The notes under the pieces: model-generated
Databases searched by the model: none
What the model saw: the letters and a program-made list of their open reading frames with translations, nothing else
Told to the model about the DNA's origin: nothing
Position numbers and translations under genes: made by a program
NCBI GenBank assembly: GCA_027620075.1
Contig: JAQCEY010000002.1
Coordinates: 104,358 to 168,357 of the forward strand
Origin: Pseudomonadota bacterium
GTDB lineage: Bacteria; Pseudomonadota; Alphaproteobacteria; Rickettsiales; UBA6187
Direction of reading: 5' to 3'
Length of the DNA: 64,000 bases
In this document: piece by piece, positions 57,030-64,000 of the stretch
How positions within the stretch are numbered: the stretch's first letter is position 1
Layout of the letters: each line of letters begins with the position of its first letter

Positions 57030-57896
57030 ATGAGAGAAGATTATTTACTTTCGACGTTAAAATCAACTCAGCTTTTTGCTTCTGAGATGCAAGTCTCATA
57101 CGACAATAGCAAGCAGCTATATATAGGTAAATTTGCTTCTGCCAGAGGTGAATATCTAATCGAAGGGCCTAACAGAGCCGAAGTTACATATGAGATGGAT
57201 CGTCTTCTTCAGGAAGAATACCGTCTTATGCAAAAAGAGGTCACTAAAAAAAAATCATTCCAAGAACAGGTATCAAGCGGGCGTTCGAGGGGTAGCGGCG
57301 GTCGTAGCATGGGCGGGGAAACTGTCCACAAGATAGACGCAAGCGAGGCTAACAGGCTAAGTGCGTCAAGGGGCTTAACCGCTATTGATGTTGTAACCGG
57401 AGGTATGGCGTTAGTTGCAGGGCGTTATGTCGAAGCAGGTATAGCAGCCGCCTCATTAGTGCTTGGTGACTTTTTTGAAGGTGTAGAAAGTCTTTGGGAC
57501 AAAACCGATAAAGTATATGCCGTTTCATTCGGCGGCGTGTTAATTACGGCAAGCACTCGCCGTCAGCTACGCAGAAAACTCTCCAGACAGAAACAAAAAC
57601 GCCTTCAGCTTATAATGAACCATGTACGTAAAATGGGTCTTATCAAGGGTGCGTCAGATGGTCCTATTGAAAAATATAAGCGTGAGAATAATAAGATAAG
57701 ACAATTACGCAAAAAGAAGGAAAAGGCGTTACAGCTCGGTCCTGAAAAATGGCGGAGAACGGTATCTCCACAAGGGCAGCAAACCGGCTGGAGATCAAGG
57801 ACACTTGACCTGAGAGAGCGTATAAAGGGCAAAAAAGCCCTTGCCGAACAGCTATGGGTAGAACGTATAGGAACAAGAGAGAAACGCCTGAATTGA
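57030..57896 (+). CDS. Hypothetical protein with a central Gly/Ala-rich hydrophobic segment and a strongly basic C-terminal half
   Basis: 288 aa. I recognise no family. The hydrophobic stretch is aa 115-147 and the C-terminus is rich in K, R and Q. Confidence 0.5.
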   Translation: MREDYLLSTLKSTQLFASEMQVSYDNSKQLYIGKFASARGEYLIEGPNRAEVTYEMDRLLQEEYRLMQKEVTKKKSFQEQVSSGRSRGSGGRSMGGETVHKIDASEANRLSASRGLTAIDVVTGGMALVAGRYVEAGIAAASLVLGDFFEGVESLWDKTDKVYAVSFGGVLITASTRRQLRRKLSRQKQKRLQLIMNHVRKMGLIKGASDGPIEKYKRENNKIRQLRKKKEKALQLGPEKWRRTVSPQGQQTGWRSRTLDLRERIKGKKALAEQLWVERIGTREKRLN

Positions 57897-58057
57897 GAAT
57901 TGCTTAATGTTATTATAGGCATTGTTCACTAAAAATCGTTTTTACGCTTTATATCAATATTTTCGAACAATATACTTATCATAATTTACTATCCTCTTGC
58001 GGAAAGCTAATTTTTTATGCTAGAATTTCAATTTCCAAAATTATGAGAAAGTAAGTT

Positions 58058-59035
58058 ATGCCGCCAAAACCTCCCTTGCAAAGCAAAGATATAGCAAAAA
58101 TTTTTTCATCTGTAAGGAACAGGCTTGACCCATCTAACACACAAGCGGCAGGTGATGATAAAAATAATGCAAATATAACGTCGCATATCGAATCACATAT
58201 TGAAAAGAATTTTCCTATCACCGTAAAACCTCAGGGAGTGCATAGTGAACTTATGCAAAAGCAGAACTTTACTTCATTAGGGCAGGGAGGTTTTTTAGAA
58301 AGATTAGGTTTAGAGAGTTTTTCCCTACAAAAAAAAGCCGCTCCAAAACTAAGCTTTAGCCAAGAGTCTGCTATTATACAAAAGGGTATTGTGGGCAAGA
58401 TAACGTTTGATAAAAATATTTCACCTCCGCATCGGAAAAAAGTAGTCGGAGCTATCGGGAATCTCATAAAAAGCAGTTCCACTTCTCCACTTGTGCGTGA
58501 CGTACTTAGTTCAACGTCAAAAAGCAATTCGGTAAACAAAGTGTTTTTTATCGAAGATCCCCGCATTCTGCTTACTAATAACGATTCAATGTACGCTCCT
58601 CCTGCAAAAGCCGCATTGGTCTACAATGTCAATGAAGCCGTCCCCACACAAGATACGTTAAGATCATTTATACACTCATCTGCCTATGCTTTTCAGCATG
58701 ATTTGATGAGTGGCGAAAAAACCCAAGGCGTATTTGATAGTAATGCACTAATCAGAGCTTTCGAAAGGGATTATTTTAACAATAATGGCAATCCTCAATT
58801 AGAGAACTTTGCTCGCAAAATATCCTCCGCACGCAATGCAAATCAGCCGAGCAGTCCTAATGTAAAAAAAGCATGTGAGATACACGCACAATTTGTTGAG
58901 GAAATGGCAATTGACCTTAAAGGCACAAAAGCGACCTTTCCGGCTATCGCAAAAAAAGTAGAGGAACTGCACGAGCGATATAATCGGTCACTTGCCCAAT
59001 CAACCGGCAATGTAAATAAAATAATGGAACGCTAG
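58058..59035 (+). CDS. Hypothetical protein (ORFan)
   Basis: 325-aa ORF with coding-like composition and no recognisable motifs. Confidence 0.5.
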   Translation: MPPKPPLQSKDIAKIFSSVRNRLDPSNTQAAGDDKNNANITSHIESHIEKNFPITVKPQGVHSELMQKQNFTSLGQGGFLERLGLESFSLQKKAAPKLSFSQESAIIQKGIVGKITFDKNISPPHRKKVVGAIGNLIKSSSTSPLVRDVLSSTSKSNSVNKVFFIEDPRILLTNNDSMYAPPAKAALVYNVNEAVPTQDTLRSFIHSSAYAFQHDLMSGEKTQGVFDSNALIRAFERDYFNNNGNPQLENFARKISSARNANQPSSPNVKKACEIHAQFVEEMAIDLKGTKATFPAIAKKVEELHERYNRSLAQSTGNVNKIMER

Positions 59036-59041
59036 TAAGCC

Positions 59042-60019
59042 TTAATTAGCGTACCGCTCCTGCTTCTTTTGTTTTTTTATCAACCTTCTTTTCGCTATTA
59101 AAGAAGCCATTTCACCGCCGATATGTTCTTCACCGTATTCTTTGGCTATGGCTATCTGTTTTTGTCTTTGGGCATAGCGTTTTCTTTGTTCATCTGATTT
59201 TTCATCGTAGCAATGGTGGCAGCTTACACCTTGGGTGTAGTATTCATGTTGTTTATCTTCTTGCGTGATAGGCATGCGACATGCAAAGCACTGGTCATAC
59301 TGCCCCTGTGCCAGCCCGTGTTTTACTGCAACACGTGAATCGAATACAAAACATTCACCTTCCCATAAAGATTCATCTTCATCTACTTCTTCCAGATATT
59401 TTAGGATACCTCCTTCTAAATGGTAGACATCTTTAACACCAAGCTGCTTTAGGTATGCTGTAGATTTTTCGCACCTTATACCGCCCGTACAGAACATGGC
59501 AACCTTCTTGCCCTTGAACTTATCAAGGTTGTCCTGTGCGTATTTGGGAAACCGGCGGAAAGTATCTGTTTGCGGGTCAACTGCGTTTTTAAAAGTACCG
59601 ATAGCGGTTTCATACTTATTTCTGGTATCGATAGTAACTACATCGGGGTTGCCTATAAGTGCATTCCAGTCTTTTGGTTTTACATATGTTCCGACTATAT
59701 GTTGAGGGTCTATATCCTCAACACCCATAGTAACTATTTCTTTTTTCAAGCGTACTTTAGCACGGGCGAATGGGATTTTATCGGCATATGATTCTTTAGT
59801 TACTATGGCTGCAAGTCTTGGGTCTGATTTAATATATCGGTGCAGTGCCTTTATACCTTGTTCAGTAGATGCAACCGTTCCGTTTATCCCCTCACGGGCA
59901 AGCAGCAGGCTTCCTTTTACGTTATTATCTTTCATTGCCCTTAGGAGCGGCTCTTTAAGATCTTCAAAATCCGTTAGAGTGGCAAAGTGATACATTGCCG
60001 AAACGACATATTGTGACAT
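59042..60019 (-). CDS. trhO: Rhodanese-domain tRNA uridine(34) hydroxylase TrhO (YceA/UPF0176)
   Basis: 325 aa with the rhodanese active-site loop CTGGIRCEK and a C-terminal Cys cluster (CFACRMP...CHHC). Confidence 0.85.
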   Translation of the reverse strand: MSQYVVSAMYHFATLTDFEDLKEPLLRAMKDNNVKGSLLLAREGINGTVASTEQGIKALHRYIKSDPRLAAIVTKESYADKIPFARAKVRLKKEIVTMGVEDIDPQHIVGTYVKPKDWNALIGNPDVVTIDTRNKYETAIGTFKNAVDPQTDTFRRFPKYAQDNLDKFKGKKVAMFCTGGIRCEKSTAYLKQLGVKDVYHLEGGILKYLEEVDEDESLWEGECFVFDSRVAVKHGLAQGQYDQCFACRMPITQEDKQHEYYTQGVSCHHCYDEKSDEQRKRYAQRQKQIAIAKEYGEEHIGGEMASLIAKRRLIKKQKKQERYAN

Positions 60020-60124
60020 AATAATAATCCTTATATAGCGAAATCCGGAACGTAAATCCGGAGCTTTACACGACCGCCTTATAACATTATCGAATCAGTT
60101 TGTCTAGTTTTTTTGGAAGGACAT

Positions 60125-60159
60125 GTCATCCTCGAAAATTGGGGGGGGACGAGGATGAC
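60125..60159. repeat. Short GTCAT...ATGAC palindrome with a G8 tract in the loop
   Basis: GTCATCCTCG-AAAATTGGGGGGGGA-CGAGGATGAC. Confidence 0.7.
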
Positions 60160-60442
60160 ATTAACAAAGGCATAATTTCTATATAGTAAAAAATTATTGG
60201 TAGGTTTATAGCACACTTATCGCACATGTGTCAACAACTAATGTCATAAAATAATACATTTTTTACAGTTTTACGCACATTTTCCGGCATTCAATGCTAC
60301 TTATAGCATACATAACCAAATAAATACCAATTAAAAAATGTAAATATATTAATTATTGCAATCATAAATATATACGATTAATTTATCAGCCCCTAGTCAT
60401 GTTCGTCTGGGGGATTTTTAATTTTAATATAGGTAATTTTAT

Positions 60443-62050
60443 ATGGCATTTATTCCAGGTACAAACGGTAATGATGTTTTAAACGGAACCAATGATGATG
60501 ATATCATACTTGGGTTAGACGGTGACGACTTAATATTAGGTCAGTTCGGATTTGAATATATCGACGGCGGTAACGGCAACGACACTGCGGACTATAGTTA
60601 TTATAACGGAGGTATAAACTCAAGCCTTACATCAGGCGGTACTGATTTCCCTAACGATGCATCTCCGACAGGTATTGATGTTCTTGTTAATATAGAGAAC
60701 CTTACCGGTTCTTTAGGTGATGATATACTTCAAGGTGATAACGGTGATAACGTTATCATGGGTCTTGACGGTAATGATATCATTTTGGGCGAAGGCGGTA
60801 ATGATACGTTACTAGGCGGTGACGGTGACGATCTAATAAGAGGTGGTTTCGGCTTTGAATATATAGACGGCGGTAACGGTAACGATACTGTTGACTACAC
60901 CTACTATAACGGCGGTATAGTAACAGACCTTAACACCGGAATTACCGACTTCCCTACCGATGCTTCCCCGACAGGTGTTGATACTCTTGTAAGCATTGAG
61001 AACGTGATAGGCTCAACAGGTGATGATATCATAAAAGGTGATTCGGGCAATAACGCACTTATAGGTGATGCCGGTGACGATCAATTATTTGGTGGCAACG
61101 GTGACGATATCCTTATAGGCGGTGAAGGTAACGATTGGATTCAGGGCGGCTTCGGTTTTGAATACATTGATGGCGGTAACGGCATTGATACGGTTGATTA
61201 CAGTTATTATAACGGCGGTATAAGTTCAAGTTTAATAGGTGGGTTCACTGACTTCCCTAATGACGGATCTTCAACTAATGTAGATGTGCTTATCGGAATC
61301 GAAAACCTGAACGGCTCTTTGGGTGATGATATTCTTCAGGGCGATAACGGTGATAACGTTATTCAGGGTCTTGACGGAAATGATATCATTTTAGGCGAAG
61401 GCGGTAACGATACGTTATTAGGCGGTGCCGGTGATGACTGGATTCAGGGCGGTTTCGGCTTTGAGCATATTGACGGCGGTACAGGTAACGACACTGTTGA
61501 TTACAGCTATTATAACGGCGGTGTTGACACAAACCTTACTACGGGCATTACCGATTTTCCTAATGATGCTTCCCCGACAGGTGTTGACACTCTTGTCAGC
61601 ATTGAGAATGTTGTAGGCTCGGGCGGTAATGACAATATTACAGGCAACTCTGATAACAACATGCTTTTAGGCGGAGAAGGAAACGATTCCATCTTCGGAA
61701 AAGACGGTGATGACGTATTACTTGGAGAAAACGGCAACGATATACTTGTTGGCGGTTTAGGTTCGGACATACTTTCAGGCGGTGCGGGAGATGATATATT
61801 CAAATTTACCTCATTATCCGATTCAGGTGCAGGTTCATTTGATTTCATATCCGACTTTACGAAGGGAGAGGACTTAATAGACGTTAGCGGTTTAGGGTTT
61901 ACCGGTATTAATAACGTAGTACCTTTCGGTACTCAGTTAGCGTTCTATTATGACGGCGTTAATGATATTACCGCAGTATTATCTACGGGTAGCTTCGCCT
62001 TTATCTTAGACGGCAATGTTGCTTTAGATAATTCGGACTTTATCGTATAA
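60443..62050 (+). CDS. RTX-type calcium-binding repeat protein (probable type I secretion substrate)
   Basis: 535 aa with many GGxGxDxUx nonapeptides (GGNGNDTLLGGDGDD). The C-terminal region GAGDDIFKFTSLSDSG...DFTKGEDLIDVSGLGF ends in DNSDFIV. There is no N-terminal signal peptide. Confidence 0.85.
   Translation: MAFIPGTNGNDVLNGTNDDDIILGLDGDDLILGQFGFEYIDGGNGNDTADYSYYNGGINSSLTSGGTDFPNDASPTGIDVLVNIENLTGSLGDDILQGDNGDNVIMGLDGNDIILGEGGNDTLLGGDGDDLIRGGFGFEYIDGGNGNDTVDYTYYNGGIVTDLNTGITDFPTDASPTGVDTLVSIENVIGSTGDDIIKGDSGNNALIGDAGDDQLFGGNGDDILIGGEGNDWIQGGFGFEYIDGGNGIDTVDYSYYNGGISSSLIGGFTDFPNDGSSTNVDVLIGIENLNGSLGDDILQGDNGDNVIQGLDGNDIILGEGGNDTLLGGAGDDWIQGGFGFEHIDGGTGNDTVDYSYYNGGVDTNLTTGITDFPNDASPTGVDTLVSIENVVGSGGNDNITGNSDNNMLLGGEGNDSIFGKDGDDVLLGENGNDILVGGLGSDILSGGAGDDIFKFTSLSDSGAGSFDFISDFTKGEDLIDVSGLGFTGINNVVPFGTQLAFYYDGVNDITAVLSTGSFAFILDGNVALDNSDFIV
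60545..61762 (+). repeat. Four tandem 303-bp (101-aa) repeats inside the RTX gene
   Basis: FGFE(Y/H)IDGG recurs at aa 35, 136, 237 and 338. Long stretches between units are nearly identical at the DNA level. Confidence 0.85.
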
Positions 62051-62071
62051 CGACTTTTATTTTTCTAAGGA

Positions 62072-62104
62072 AAAAGCCCCTATGATAAATAGGGGCTTTT
62101 TTTA
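62072..62104. terminator. Bidirectional terminator between the convergent RTX and pilin-like genes
   Basis: AAAAGCCCCTA-TGATAAA-TAGGGGCTTTTTTT. Confidence 0.75.
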
Positions 62105-62941
62105 CTAATAACCCCTATACCTAAAAACAGGCACACATGTAACTTCATCAAATCCCACGTTATATTGTGCCGTATCATCATATGATGCAGCACCACTTGC
62201 CGTACAATTACCTGAGGTTGGGATTTGTGCATAAGACGGATTGTGGGGTAGGGAACTATGCCAGTGCAGCGTATTATTGACTCCAACATAGCCTTCAACT
62301 ATCACCCAACCTGTAGCGGGTATTCCATCATCAATTTTATTGTCAACAGAAAATGTCTGTTTAGGAGTCAATGAAGGAGCAACCCCATAATTTCCCCAAG
62401 ATGAATCTGAAGCTCCCAGAACATATTGATGCCCCTGCCACTGCAACCTGTTATAGACCCCCCAATGAGAACCCATATCACTAAGCGGTAACACCCGTTC
62501 TCTTTCAGTCTCGGTCATATTGGTACTAACTCCGACGGTAGTATATGGTGCAGGTAATAACTCGCTGGCATTTTGTCCTAAATGCACCCAAAAATTCCAG
62601 CACTCACCATCATGACCATTACCTGAATTATTTGGTGAAACGATATTTTTGTCCCCGTTACCATTTTGAATGCCCGGCCAATAATTACTAGCATTACTCA
62701 TATCGCCGGGGAGAGCGTTATATTCCAATCTGAAAGTATTATATGCAGTATCAAATTTCTCAACATCAGATATTATCGAGCGAAGTTTTGTCTGTTCAAC
62801 TAATTTTCCACCCCCAACAACACCGGCTACAATAAGCCCTATAATTACAATAACTACAGACAACTCAATCAGAGTAAAGCCTTCCTCAACTCTTATATTC
62901 CGCCATTTTATCATCCGTCTCTGAAGATAACTAAAATGCAT
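62105..62941 (-). CDS. Prepilin-type N-terminal cleavage/methylation domain protein (pilin-like paralog 3)
   Basis: ...RVEEG|FTLIELSVVIVIIGLIV, with FRLEYNALPGD, NFWVHL, VDNKIDDGIPATG and a C-terminal C-x23-C. The start may be 62914 (MIKWRN). Confidence 0.8.
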   Translation of the reverse strand: MHFSYLQRRMIKWRNIRVEEGFTLIELSVVIVIIGLIVAGVVGGGKLVEQTKLRSIISDVEKFDTAYNTFRLEYNALPGDMSNASNYWPGIQNGNGDKNIVSPNNSGNGHDGECWNFWVHLGQNASELLPAPYTTVGVSTNMTETERERVLPLSDMGSHWGVYNRLQWQGHQYVLGASDSSWGNYGVAPSLTPKQTFSVDNKIDDGIPATGWVIVEGYVGVNNTLHWHSSLPHNPSYAQIPTSGNCTASGAASYDDTAQYNVGFDEVTCVPVFRYRGY

Positions 62942-62954
62942 AATTTGTCCATTA

Positions 62955-63096
62955 TATAGTATTTTTACTTTTTAAGAGTTAAATTTGTCATCCGCAACTT
63001 GTTCGGAGATCTCTATAAATTTAAATAAGATTCCCCTATAATTTGCTTCGTAAATTCATAGGGATGAAAGCATTGTTCAAAAGTGCAAATACTATA
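62955..63096. repeat. Type B palindromic repeat, copy B3 (diverged)
   Basis: TATAGT...GTCATCCGCAACTTGTTCGGAGATC...TTCCCCTATAATTTGCTTCGTAAATTCATAGGGATGA...ACTATA. Confidence 0.75.
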
Positions 63097-63204
63097 TTCT
63101 AAACCATGTAAATATTACAAGCTTTTTTAAATGTTTATTAAAGTTTATACATAAGAACACTAAAGTTCTTTTTGCCATTGAAAGGTTTTTGCGTTTCCTT
63201 CCCA

Positions 63205-64000
63205 TCAAAAGTTATACCCTATGCTTACAGCTCCGAATATCGAATCCTTATTCTGATCTTCGAATTCTTTGGTGCGGTAAACGGTGGTATAGCTGATACG
63301 GGCATTCCCTACGGTGAAAGAAACGCCCGCACTTGCATCGAGGACAAAATATTCTTTGTCAATGCTGTGTGAATCGGCAAACGTATTGCCGTCCAAGAAT
63401 ATATTTCTTGCGATAGCACGCCCTTCTACTCCTGCGAAAAGCTGCCAGTCAAATTTGGCAGGGGTCGGGAAATATCCCGTTCCCGGCATTGACGGCTTTA
63501 CAAGCAACGGCTTGTCCTGCAATCTATTATTTTTATGAGAGAATTTTATTATACCTCCTGTGTTGGCATAGGTATATACATTCCCTAATGAAAACCCGAA
63601 ATGCGGTTCAATAGCGGCAACATAATTGCCAAGCTCGGCAGATAAAGCCTCCGGCCATCTACGCTGCCACGCAAGTATTAAACCCGGCTCATTTTTAAGC
63701 TGATTGTCCCACCCCTTAGGCTCGGGACTTTCTATAAGCTTATGAACGCCTTTTTGTCCCTCTTCTCCCAATGCTAACGGTCCTATTACACCTAGGGTAA
63801 CTTCATAATCATCAACATAATTGTCTTTAATGGTTACCATTGCCATAGAGCCGTAAAGGAATGCCGCCCACGGACGGTCTGAATCGTCCTGAGCGACCTT
63901 ATCAATTCTATCCGGTGTGTACATACTTTGTCCTATCGAGTAAGAAACCGATGTAACATCATTTATCTCTAGCCAGGGAAATATTTTCTCCAGATTTTCC
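63205..64000 (-). CDS. Outer-membrane protein, probably of the lipid A deacylase LpxR / DUF2219 family. The N-terminus lies beyond the window end.
   Basis: The frame stays open upstream of the track ATG (63924) to base 64000. It contains a DRPWAAFLYG motif and an OMP-type C-terminus, VSIGYNF. The family call is from memory of the DUF2219 pattern. Confidence 0.5.
   Translation of the reverse strand, partial: ENLEKIFPWLEINDVTSVSYSIGQSMYTPDRIDKVAQDDSDRPWAAFLYGSMAMVTIKDNYVDDYEVTLGVIGPLALGEEGQKGVHKLIESPEPKGWDNQLKNEPGLILAWQRRWPEALSAELGNYVAAIEPHFGFSLGNVYTYANTGGIIKFSHKNNRLQDKPLLVKPSMPGTGYFPTPAKFDWQLFAGVEGRAIARNIFLDGNTFADSHSIDKEYFVLDASAGVSFTVGNARISYTTVYRTKEFEDQNKDSIFGAVSIGYNF

Overview
The window looks like a chromosomal segment of an AT-rich alphaproteobacterium. 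The taxon call is an inference from gene content: mnmE/mnmG/rsmG/parA/parB synteny, mipZ, hemY, a short alpha-type ProS, a sigma-54-driven fliK-flgD-flgE hook operon, and a Bac_GDH-type 1613-aa NAD-glutamate dehydrogenase. The AT richness and dense palindromic intergenic repeats suggest a Rickettsiales/Holosporales-like lifestyle, but this cannot be proven from the window. Most of the sequence is housekeeping: partial bioB, tsaD, an aminotransferase, ubiG, ubiD, gdh, bioF-bioH-bioC, phaR/phaC, bdhA, lolCD, proS, asd, pabB, gatCAB, ruvX, trhO and yifB. I found no rRNA, tRNA, CRISPR array, classical IS or prophage. The points worth a second look are: (1) gatA and gatB are separated by about 0.9 kb holding a 97-aa GIY-YIG nuclease gene bracketed by 36-bp inverted repeats (34/36 match) and a small trypco2-like ORF. 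The inverted-repeat hairpin is the same module found in dispersed MITE-like repeats. (2) At least three families of nested palindromic GTCAT...ATGAC / TATAGT-ended repeats fill intergenic and even intra-operon spacers. (3) Three unusually large paralogous prepilin-type proteins share a KIDDGxPxxG motif, with no pilus or T2SS assembly genes nearby. (4) A four-gene exported metal-handling module (Cys/His/Met-rich protein, OMP, periplasmic HMA protein, MerT-like CC membrane protein) has no merA or merR. (5) The 937-aa FlgE carries a tandemly duplicated ~220-aa internal domain. (6) There is a near-perfect sigma-54 promoter upstream of fliK. (7) Five parS-like sites cluster around rsmG-parAB. (8) Candidate exported proteins include an RTX protein with 4 x 101-aa repeats, a 607-aa signal-peptide pentapeptide-repeat protein and several ORFans. 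Coordinates of short motifs were counted by hand and may be off by 1-2 nt. CDS coordinates follow the ORF track except where a downstream start is argued.
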